NCBI RefSeq assembly: GCF_964194155.1
Contig: NC_135902.1
Coordinates: 43,338,001-43,402,000 of the forward strand
Source of the DNA: Cetorhinus maximus
Taxonomy: Eukaryota
Direction of reading: 5' to 3'
DNA: 64,000 bases
The translations under genes and the position numbers were made by a program. The notes under the pieces are model-generated. The model was not told the origin of the DNA, made no database searches, and saw only the letters and a list, made by a program, of their open reading frames with translations. This document shows, one piece after another, positions 54,199-64,000 of this stretch. Each line of letters begins with the position of its first letter. Position 1 is the first letter of the stretch.

Positions 54199-54653
54199 TG
54201 TTATGACCGGTCCCCCTTCGAGGTTCCCCCAATTTGTTACGATCCCGGACGAGGTGCCCCGAATTGTTATGCTCCCAGGTGAGGAGGGATGAACTGGCTC
54301 CCTTTCTTTATTCAAACCCCTCAGTCGGTCACAACAAGGTTGATTTGAAAAAGGTCCCTTCCCTCGTCCAAAAGGAGCCAATTTAACCAGGCTGTCTCTA
54401 GTCAAAGGAAGAGCAGGTTTATTAGTTACTAAACACGAGAAAAAAAATAATAAAAACATATCACACGTACACACAGATTAGAAATGAGAAGTGAGTCCAG
54501 GCATAAAGGCTAAAAAAAAATACGAATCAGTCCTTTGGCTTATGCATGAGAAGTAGATGGGGAAACATTGCAGCTGTTAAGTTGGGGTTATTCCAGTAGC
54601 GCTGACTTTGGCAGTTGAGCAGTTGGTTTGGAGATCCTTGGTTCTGCAGGTTA
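54199..54653 (-). mobile_element. 3' portion of a third LTR of the 34032 family
   Basis: Homologous to 51426-51915. Contains the clearest PBS-like units. Confidence 0.85.
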
Positions 54654-54654
54654 G

Positions 54655-55241
54655 AGAGTGAGATGGCAGTGAATGTGTGATGGACTTGTGAGTGTGAGAA
54701 TTTAGGGTGATGAGATTGTTGCCTTACTCTGGTGGCACGGATGAGATCTTCCATCCGTTTTCTGCAATGGACAGCCTATCTCTTGTGTGCAGCATTGGCA
54801 CTGACCACCTCTGCCACCACCTCCCAAGTTGGAGTGGTGAGATTGATGAGCCTCTTGCAGCTAGAGGAGGGGTAGAGGACATCTTGGTGGGCCTCCATGG
54901 CATCCAGAAGTTGTCCCAGGAATCCCTCACTGAATCGGAGGGTCTGCACTCATCTTGGCTTTTGGGGCCATGTCTTCACAGTTGCCCTCCTGGGCTGCAA
55001 GCATTGAGAAGTGTGCACGTGGCTCCAGTATAAATGTGGTGCCCTGTGTGAGGAAGCAGCGAGGTAACAGTGTGGCGGGCAATTCAGAGGCTTCCTGCAG
55101 TCAGATGGCGTGTTTCCTGTGGCTGCATAATTAATGAGGCGGAAATGGGATGATACAGCAGGAAAACCCACCATTGTGGGTAAAACTAGTTTTTTCCCCA
55201 CCCGCTACCGCACTTTGTGCAAATCTGGGACGATTCTGTCC
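54655..55241 (-). mobile_element. Harbinger transposon end with decayed Myb/SANT-like ORF exon
   Basis: RFSEGFLGQLLDAMEAHQDVLYP...WEVVAEVVSANAAHKR*AVHCRKRMEDLIRATR followed by a GTAAGG donor. TIR-like GGACAGAATCGTCCC at 55241. Confidence 0.75.
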
Positions 55242-55249
55242 TTTATCTT

Positions 55250-57225
55250 AATTTCTATCTTCTTTTTTAATCAGGGAGCTCTGGATTTGTTTGCCCTATC
55301 TTTCCCTTTTGAGGGAAGATACCTTGACTGTGGCCGAGCCATTTCTTCTTTGAAGGTAGCCCATTGTTCAGCTACAGTTTTTCCACTAACCTTTGGTTCC
55401 AGTCTATCCAGCCCAGCTCTGTTCTTACCCCACCGAAGTCAGTTCTCCCCCAGTTAATTATTCTTACTCTGGATTGCCCATTGTCCTTTTCTACCGTCAT
55501 CCTAAACCTTATGATACAATGATCACTGTCTCCTAAATGCTCCCCCACTGATACTTGCTCTACTTGGTCCACCTTATTTCCAAGAACCAGTGCCTCCTTT
55601 CTTCTTGGGCTGGTCACATACTGCTGTAGAAAATTCTCCTGAACACAAGCTAGGAACTCTTGCCCCTCTCTGCCCTTTACACTACCACTATCCCAGTCTA
55701 TATTCAGGTAATTAAAGTCCCCCATTATAACTACCCTATAATGTTTGCATCTCTCTGTAATTTCACTGCAGATTTGTTCCTCTACATCCTGCCCCCTCTT
55801 AATCACATCTTGGTTTAATGTTTGTAAGTTTATTTTCAATTTTGTCTTTTGTTTTTGCAGTTTCCTTTTAAGGGGCTGCATTTTACTTTGTCCCTTGATT
55901 TGTTAATTTAATTTAACTGGTTTGGCTCAAAAGAGTTACATCCTTCCCACTAACTGGTGGTCTATAGACTACACTGAGCAATGTAATTGCACCCTTTTTG
56001 TTCCTTGGCTCTAGCCAAATTGATTCTGTCCTTGAACCCTCTGGGACATCCTCTTTTCCCTGCACTGCATTGCCCTCCTTAACCAATACCGCTACCCCTC
56101 CTCCTTTTCTTCTTGCTCTATTTTTCCTGAACACCTTGTACCCAGAAATATTTAACACCCAGTCCTGCCCTTCCTTGGTCCCGATCTCTGTTATCACCAC
56201 AACATCATAATTCCGCATGGCAATCTGTGCCTATAACTCCCCAATCTTATTTACTATACTCCGTGCATTCACATACATGTTATATAATCCTGATTTAGAC
56301 TTCATGACTTTCTCCCTTACTCCGACTCCACCTTTAAGTTACTATTCTCTATACTAGTGCTATCTGTCTCTCCCAGTATTTTGTGCACCCTGGTATTCCT
56401 CTCTAATATTCTCTCCTGGCTCCCACACCCCTGCAGAGTTAGTTTAAAGCACCCCAACAGCTCTAGCAAAACACCCCACAAGGAACTCAGTCCTGGCTCT
56501 GTTCAGGTGCAACCTGTTTGGCTTGTACAGGTGCCATCTGCCCCAGAGCCAGTCCCAGCGTCCCAGGGATCTAAAACCCTCCCTCCTGCACCATCTTTCC
56601 AGCTATGCATTCATCTGCCTTTTCCTCCTATTTCGGTACTCACTTGTACGTGGCACTGGGAGTAATCCAGAGATTGAGGCCCTGCTTGCTAATTTTCTTC
56701 CTAGCTCCCTAAATTCTGTCAGCAGGACCACATCCCCTTTCCTACCTAATTCATTGGTACCAATGTGGATGATGACCTCTGGCTGTTCACCCTCCCCCAG
56801 AAGAATGTCCTGCAGTCACTCGATGACATCCTTGACCCTGGCACCAGGGAGGCAACATATCATCCTGGGGTCACATCTACAGCTGCAGAAAAGCCCATTA
56901 GTTCCCCTAACTAACAAATCCCCTATCGTTATTGCTCTTCCTTTCTTCTTCATCCTCTCCTGTACAGCTGAGCTGCTCATGGTACCACAAACTTGGCTCT
57001 GTCTGCACTTCTCTGAGGAGCCAATGCCCTTACCTGTATCCAAAACAGAAAACCGATTAGGGTGCAGGACCCCAGGGGACTCTTGCACTACCTGCCTGGT
57101 TCTTTTGGACTGCCTGGCAGGCACCTATTCCCTTTCTGCCTCCGTGCTCCTGACCTGCGGTGTGACCACCTCTCTGAGCATGCTATCCATGTAGCTCTCA
57201 GCCTCGTGGATGAGCCACAGTGACT
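55250..57225 (-). mobile_element. Vertebrate-type CR1 5' part (ORF1 esterase plus ORF2 endonuclease), truncated
   Basis: ORF1 NRFSVLDT, IGDLLVRG, CCLPGARVKDV. ORF2 YDVVVITE, GYKVFRKNR..RKGGGVAVLV, VVYRPP, IMGDFNY.NIDW, HLGDSDH. Confidence 0.9.
55791..55936 (+). mobile_element. 146-bp 5'-truncated Tx1-like LINE 3' end inserted in the CR1 endonuclease
   Basis: 8-bp TSD TACATCCT (55783-55790, 55937-55944). Ends ...ggctcaaaagagt. Homologous to the units of the 58463-59597 array. Confidence 0.72.
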
Positions 57226-57269
57226 CCATCTACATGATTTTAATCCTGTGCACCATCACCTCACACATG

Positions 57270-57553
57270 GTGTCAGCTGTGGCTCAGTTCATAGCACCCT
57301 CGCCTTTGAATCAGAAGGTTGTGGGTTCATGTCCCACTCCTGGAAACCAAGAACCGTGATTGTACTCAAAAGAGTTGCAATCTGTGACTGTTGATAACAA
57401 AAGAATTTTTGAGGTGTCGGCTGTGGCTCAGTCCATAGCACCCTCGCCTTTGAATCAGAAGGTTGTGGGTTCATGTCCCACTCCTGGAAAACCAAGAACT
57501 GTGATTGTACTCGACAGAGTTGCAATCTGTGACTGTTGATAACTCGAAAGAGG
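57270..57553 (+). mobile_element. Dimer of the short tRNA-headed SINE (copies B and C) under a single TSD
   Basis: 15-bp TSD ATCACCTCACAC(A/G)TG (57255-57269, 57554-57568). Two monomers joined by aagaatttttgag. Confidence 0.88.
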
Positions 57554-58322
57554 ATCACCTCACACGTGTGAGATTTTGACTCCTCCACACTTGTCACCAT
57601 GGTGCAACATGTTGCTAGGCACATCACCCAGCGACTGCAACATTATTATCATGTTCTGAAAACAGTGTTCTTTTGAATGCAGGGCCACAAAGATCTGGCT
57701 CCACTGCCAGTGCAGCTGCTGAAAGAGGCACTCCCATCCTCCGAGAATGGTCCACCTCTTCCTGTTCCTGCTCTCCAATGCTTAGTGATTCAACCTCAAT
57801 ACTCCCCTCATGCTCTTTTAGCTACATCCCCCCCAGTGGATCTTGCTGGGCTGCTGCTGCCAGGGTTCTGCATTTGAGCAGAATGCCAGACATTTGTTTC
57901 CTGCAGGTGCTACAGAGGGTGTGACCTCTGATTTCTTCATGTTCCTGTGAAGATATAAAGATGAATAAACAACAAGGCAAGTTTATATTTCTGTTCATGT
58001 GCACTCACGAGCTTGCATCACTGCTATCCTCTGCAGGGGAAGCTCCTGGGCATTGAGATTTTCAGAAATATGTAGGTCTGGGATGGAAAGGGGGAGAGAA
58101 AGAGAGAACCAAAAAAAACCCTGAGTTGGGACATGCTCACCTATCTCACTGTCTCCTGCTACCTCTGTCAATCAGTTTGTTGGAGCTCATTAGCCATTCT
58201 TCAAATGGGGAGATTACTTGGGTTGTAGGAGGTCCTCCCCCAGTACCTGTTGTTAATTCAATGTTAATTATATTGTTAAGATACACAGATGAAGGGTATT
58301 GTTTAATTGAATACTGAGAGCA

Positions 58323-58462
58323 TGTCAGCTGTGGCTCAGACCATAGCACCCTCGCCTTTGAATCAGAGGGTTGTGGGTTCATGTCCCACTCCTGGAAAAC
58401 CAAGAACTGTGATTGTACTCGAAAGAGTTGCAATCTGTGACTGTTGATAACTCGAAAGAATT
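58323..58462 (+). mobile_element. Short tRNA-headed SINE copy D, fused to the Tx1-tail array
   Basis: Near-identical to the other copies. Its end ctcgaaagaatt runs directly into tataaagagagactc, the array junction sequence. Confidence 0.85.
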
Positions 58463-59597
58463 TATAAAGAGAGACTCACTGCAGGGGCTGGAGTGCTTCA
58501 TCATAATTTGATTTGATAAGTTTCCTTTAAAATTTTGTCTTTTGTTACATTGCCCCTTAAGGGCTACTACTCAAATTTACTTTGTTAATTTGGCCATTTG
58601 TTTAGTGTTGCTCGAAAGAATATAAAGAGAGACTCACTGCAGGAGCTGAAGTACTTCATTAGCCCCCAAAACAACATTTTAATTTAATTCTGCAATGTTG
58701 TTTTAAATTTTCTCCTTTGTTGCAGTTCCACTTGAAGGGGTTATCAATTTGTTTAAATTAGTTAATTTGATTAATTGTTTTATTTTTTAGTACTCAAAAG
58801 AGTATAAAGAGAGATTCACTACAGGGGCTGGAGTGATTCATTAGTCCCCAAAACAATATCTTAACTTAAAAGCAAAATACTGTGGATGCTGGAAATCCAA
58901 AACAAAAACAAAAATAAAACCAAAACAAAAACAAAAATAAAAATAAAAAGTTTTTCCAGGTATTTCTGTTTTAGTTTTTAATATCTTAACTTAGTTAGAT
59001 AAGGCTCCTTTAAAGTTTTGGGTTTTCACTACTGTGACCCTTGAAGGAGTGTCAACTTGTTTAAGTGGGTTTATTTAATTTGCTAATTATTTTAATTTAC
59101 TGAGACACACCACAGGGGCTGGGGTGCTACATCAGCCTCCAAAACACTTTAATTCAGTTAGATGAGGTTCCTTTAAAATTCTGGGTTTTCATTTCAGTGC
59201 CAAGAAAAATTATAAGGAGTGATTTTCTGAGACCAGTGGGCACCGTGGGGGCTAGAGTGCATTAGCAGCCCCCTACACAACATTTTACTTTAATTATGTA
59301 AGTTTTCTTTAAAGTTTTGACCCTTTGTTATAGTGCCCCTTTAAGGGGCAATCAGTTTGGTTAATTGCCATATTTGATTAATCAGTCTATTTTATTTTAT
59401 GGGTTACTCAAAGAGTATAAAGAGAGACTCGTTGCAGGGGCTGGAGTGTTTCATCAGCCCCCAAAACAGCAGTTTAATTTAATTACATAAGATTTCTTTA
59501 AAGTTTTGTCTTTGTTATAGTGCCCCTTTAAGGAGTTATCAATTTGTTTAATCAGTTAATTAATCTATTTTATTTTCTTGGTGCACTCAAAAACATT
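58463..59597 (+). repeat. Head-to-tail array of ~6 Tx1-like LINE 3' ends (about 115-190 bp each)
   Basis: Recurring caggggctggagtg...cagcccc, AT-rich UTR, gcccc(t)ttaagggg and ctc(g/a)aaagagt. Unit 5 translates F*DQWAPWGLECISSPLHNILL*, which I recall as the C-terminus of Tx1-clade ORF2. Confidence 0.68.
58869..58979. mobile_element. Penelope-like end with inverted segment inserted in array unit 3
   Basis: 14-bp TSD AATATCTTAACTTA (58855-58868, 58980-58993). aaagcaaaatactgtggatgctggaaatc motif, then an inverted tttttccagg...ttttgtt-like segment. Confidence 0.7.
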
Positions 59598-60074
59598 ATA
59601 AAGAAGAAGTGCTGGGGCACTGGTTTATTAGTTAGAAAGCAGACATATATAATGCTGTATTCTGTTAATAAACCCATTATCAAGAGAAGTATTAGAGTGT
59701 CATTTCATACTTCAACAGTTGGCTTGGGATTGTTCAATCTGTGACCTGATTCTGTGAAATGTTTCTTTCTGGAGATGAATATTACACTTTCCTGAATAGA
59801 AGCAGCCTCAATGGCACTCCAGCATTTGCCCATCTATTTCTCTTTGCATTAAGAATGATTAGCAGTGAATGTGAGGGCGGTGCTAAGTTGCTGCTCTTTC
59901 ATGCATTATGTCCCTGCATTGATCTATGTGCAGTCTCTAAGAGGTCAGGGAGTATTTCCCATGTGGACATCATTTTACAGATAGCTACATAGCCAAGGAA
60001 AAAGCAATGAATTACAGAGAACACTTGGGAGTAGACACATGGCAAATATATTGTGTTACATGTGTGCAAAGATT

Positions 60075-60260
60075 CATACTTATCCTCCTTCCTGGAGAGG
60101 ACGTGAATCATTTTCTTGCACTGTATCCATTTCTTTGGTATGGCACTGCTGCTGCTGAAGACCACTGCTGCCTCTTGCCATGGCCTGTGCACCACTGCCA
60201 TTAGAACATCTTTCCATTGCAGGGAAATAGTGCACTTCTCCCTTGTTCCTCTTCCCAAGG
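60075..60260 (-). mobile_element. Decayed Harbinger Myb/SANT-like ORF fragment
   Basis: KDVL...WQEAAVVFSSSSAIPKKWIQCKKMIHVLSR resembles the W..VA..V....RTW.QCRK...DL motif seen at 54730-54940 and 62315-62530. Confidence 0.55.
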
Positions 60261-60999
60261 TATTGCTCAATGACCTTGTCGTCAAAGCAGGTTGTTCTTG
60301 GGTAACCTTGTCTCTTATGAGTGTTTTTCCAACGTCTTCCTCTTCTGGTACTCCCGATTGTGAAATAATCTGCAGGCACAACTAACTTCACGGAAGCACT
60401 GCACAATTTACTTGGCAGTTCATGAGCTTGAAAAACGTCCATTCCATCTCAGAATTCATTGTTTCTTCCACAGCCTCTTTCAGGGCCCCAAGACTCACCT
60501 GCTCTTTAAGCCTGCATCAGGCCTTTTATTGGTAGCAGTTCCATTCCACTTCACTGCATGTTGTATCTGCACCAGCAGAAGAACTCAGTGCCTGCCCATG
60601 TCAAAACTAGAAGGTGGACGGCTTTTATGTCAGGGCAAGTGTTTTATTTTTGTGTTGCCAATGTTTTGTGCTCATTACCAGATAATTAGCCCATGCAGTT
60701 GGAAAATTGGTTCATAGAAATCCTGCACTGTGACAGAAGTGCAAAGTAAACAGAATTGGATGTAATCTTGTAAAATGGAGTCTGAGTTGCAGTGTCATTG
60801 TCTGGTAGCTCCACATCAGGAATTTTGTGGCCAGTAAGTTACAGGTCCATTTTGTCTTGTTGAAATATTCTGACATTTGCTGTAGTCATTTTTATGGCAC
60901 TGGTTTAAAATATTCTGATGCTCGTTCTTTACGTTTCATGACATTGGCCTGGATTTAATATTGAAATTTAGATTTCCTTAGGTTATGCACTCTTCTAAT

Positions 61000-62950
61000 A
61001 AACCTACACATGCCAGTAAAACTGCCATTCCCCTGGCAGGACCTTAGCAACCCATTGGAGGACTCAGTGTTGGATTGCTGTGAATGCCTCACCACTAAGA
61101 CCTGCAGCCATGGTGGCAGCAGACTGAGCCTGAATCACAACAAGCGTGGATCTCATGATCTCAGCCTGAGCTTTCACTCCAGCACTCAGAGATTGGGTGG
61201 CTTTCGACTGTGCTGCTATGGAAGCTGAGGCATCGACCACCAGACGCTCCCATCATGACTGGGCCCTCAAGTGCTGCTATGGAGCTGGCCACCACTTCCA
61301 TGCTGGGAAGGATGGGCTGTAGGTCTGCACCTGTGCCCAGTGCCATATCACAGCCAGAATCCTCTGCTCCTTGACAGTGACGACAAGCTGCCTGGCAGGC
61401 CTGCCAATGCACCATGCACCCCAGTGTGTATAACCAACAGCATTCTCCAGCGGGCTGCCCCAGTGCAGTACTCATCTGACTTCCCAGTGGCAGAAGTTAT
61501 CTGCAACCTTCCCCTCCAGTGAGCTGGAATATGCTTTATCCTTTCCCTCCCCCACCCCCCCTCCCCCACACTGGCCCGGCTGCAGATCCTAACACAATGC
61601 CACCCTCTCTGGTTCACACAGCGCCAGTATCTGAACTGGCAGCTGGTAGAGTCAGGACAAGTGAAGATGCTTCTTCATTAGTGCTTTGCTGTTGCTCTCA
61701 CCTTTCCTCCTGTGGCTGCTGTGGCTGCATAGGCAGGCGGCAGTCCTTGGAAATCAGAAAACCACAAGCAGAGGGTTGGGCTGTTGGAAGGAGGAAGAAA
61801 GTAGAATGAAGTAGGTCCATGGTCACACCACCTGCAACTTGCACTTCATGCCAGACAGCAATTTGAGGGAGTGGTGAGATTCTGGATGCGGCAAAAGGCA
61901 GGAACATACCGTAATCCTCAATTTTCCAGATAAAGCCAGATGTAACAGGTTCTGTCACAATAGGTCCCACGATGCAGAACACCATCTCCTCTGTAGGCCT
62001 TGCCTGCCCCCCTGGTAGTTCTGCTTTGCTCCATTCTATTGCCTGTGACCTTGTCTGGCAAGACAGAGGGAAGAATGTCAGTGATTATGTAGCACTGTAT
62101 TTGGGTGATGTGCCTACCATCGCTGAATAGCTAGAGGTAAGTGGAGGCAATGGGAGGTGAGTGAGGCTGGCATCTTGGAAAGTATTTGAGGGTGAACTGG
62201 AGAATCTGAATGTTAGGCATGAGCCTTAACTACTTAGGAACTGCTAATGGGTGAATGATCAGGGATTGGTGTTGTGGTGGTCAGGTGATGTCATGTGAAG
62301 ATGCATTCCCTTACCTTAACTAGCCCTGTGAGGTCAATGAACTTTTTCCAGCATTGCTGCCATGCCCTTGGGGTCAGAGTCCAGGAATTGACCTCCTTGT
62401 CCACCTGCTGTCATTCTCTTCCAGGGGCATTCCCTGAGGGCTCCATGAAAATCTGGCCTCTCTCCTACTGTAGACCTCCATCACTAAGGCCTCCAGCGCT
62501 GCATCTGTGAACCTGGAAGCATCCTCTCTTCCCCGGTGCTCCATTTGTTTTGTAGCTAGTTGCAGTACTTTTAAGAGGGACAGACTGCCCTTAAGAGGTG
62601 GAGGCTAGCTGGAAACTCTTTCGAATTATCAACAGTCACAGATTGCAACTCTTTTGAGTACAATCACAGTTCTTGGTTTCCAGGAGTGGGACATGAACCC
62701 ACAACCCTCTGATTCAAAGGCGAGGGTGCTATGAACTGAGCCACAGCTGACACCTCCTAGCTGGAACATGTACTAGCTTCACACACTGTTAGGCCCCTTG
62801 TTGAGCGTTCAGCCACCCAACAACATGGGTCATGCTGAGCTGAATGCTGCGATCATGGAAATGAGGCGGCATCACAATGGTTTGCACGCTGACCTCAATG
62901 GGATTTGACACGGGCAGATCACAAACTGCGGCCCCCGCAACCAAAATTGA
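61000..62950 (-). mobile_element. Degenerate Harbinger element carrying a spliced Myb/SANT-like gene remnant
   Basis: Exon ~62530-62315 SRFTDAALEALVMEV...QQVDKEVNSWTLTPRAWQQCWKKFIDLTGLVK then GTAAGG. Next exon ~62058-61909 ends IEDY|GTATGT. Boundaries approximate. Confidence 0.68.
62615..62756 (-). mobile_element. Short tRNA-headed SINE copy E
   Basis: 10-bp TSD CTAGCTGGAA (62605-62614, 62757-62766). Ends ...gataattcgaaagagt. Confidence 0.9.
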
Positions 62951-64000
62951 ATGCAGACCAATTCTTTGCCCCACAACTTCACAGGCTCCTGTGAGCTGGG
63001 AGGTCACAATGACTCACATTACTTTCAATCAGTTTCATTTTTCCAGTAAGTGACTTAGACTGATTTATAACACAAAGTTATTTTGATTGAATATTTTCAA
63101 ACACTAGTGTAAGATATCAAAGCGAAGTGCATGTGGTAATGTAGGCTTGATGTTAGATTAATCAGGTACATAATGTTCTCAGCATGAGGCCAAGATGGAA
63201 AGAAAATAAGAGTTAGAAGAATGAACTTCACACTGGCAAGAAGATTGGAGACTATTCAAGTGAAAACTCAAGGCTCCTAATTAACAGTAATCAAGAGATT
63301 AAAAGGCCATACAGCATTGTGGCTGTGTATATTTCAGGAGACACCTGGACAGTGATAATATGTCACTAAGTCTTAATGTATACCGTAATGCGTTTATGGT
63401 ATCTTTCTAATTATTTTAAAACAGGAACTAACAAATATATTCACTGCCAGTTCTACAGCTTTACTGATGTCACAGGTGCTATGGATTAATATTTCTAAAT
63501 AATTATCGACTGGCTTGTGCCAACTATTGGCACTCTGTTAAGTCAAATGTAATAGTAAGTAATAATAAGCACTCTGAGCCAATAATTACATGTTGGGCTA
63601 AGTAAACAGATGTTAATAAATATTTTTGTTCATATTGTTTTCAATTTTCACCATTAGTATGATTTTATCAAATTAATTATTGCCAATCAGCAACAAAAAC
63701 TGTTAAATGTTTTGTCCTAAAATACTGAACAAGTAGAATTTCAAGAAAATGTGGAATGCTGTTTTGAAATATTGAAATGTGTGATTTTATGCTAAGCATT
63801 GGTTTAAAATATTTCCTATGCAGTAAAAACAAATAACCCTAGGCTATATAATGATTTTAACATTGGTATTCAAGTCAACCACCACAAGACATTTATGGGG
63901 AACATTGGAAACGTCACAGAATTGTTCTATATTTCTCAAAGTCAATATTAATCTATTTTCTCCCAATGAAAGTTAATTAACAAGGATCTCATCAGTCTCA

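Noticed and set aside
55783-55944. hAT transposon suggested by the 8-bp TSD
   Set aside because: No terminal inverted repeats. The insert is polarised and matches the LINE-tail array, and related inserts have variable 10-15 bp TSDs.
57270-57553. Possible tRNA genes
   Set aside because: Only tRNA-like heads with altered A/B boxes, followed by a shared non-tRNA tail and flanked by TSDs, so these are SINEs.
58463-59597. CRISPR-like repeat-spacer appearance
   Set aside because: The 'spacers' are homologous to each other, units are over 100 bp, there are no cas genes and the context is vertebrate. LINE 3' ends explain it better.
59899-60381. 160-aa ORF as a host Myb/SANT (MSANTD-like) gene
   Set aside because: Only a degenerate partial motif, the start is non-ATG, and similar decayed Harbinger remnants lie nearby.

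Overview
Vertebrate genomic DNA, most likely a shark or other cartilaginous fish (inferred from the repeat families: Deu-domain tRNA-SINEs of the SacSINE1 type, CR1, L2, RTE and Penelope fragments, PIF/Harbinger MITEs, Gypsy elements). I can support no intact host protein-coding gene; the longer ORFs in the track come from decayed transposons or simple repeats. The window is a deeply nested transposon mosaic. Most interesting signals: (1) a young ~140-bp tRNA-headed SINE, five monomers at 50.8-62.8 kb, most with clear target-site duplications (TSDs). It has no poly(A) tail and ends in an ACTC-GAAA-GAGT hairpin shared with Tx1-like LINE 3' ends nearby, including a six-unit head-to-tail array. 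(2) A solo-LTR family whose 3' end is built from 2-3 tandem 'LTR end + tRNA-Pro PBS'-like units. (3) A CR1-clade LINE with a tRNA-like 5' head and no room for ORF1. Family names come from recognising motifs by eye, not from database searches. Coordinates of degenerate elements are approximate.
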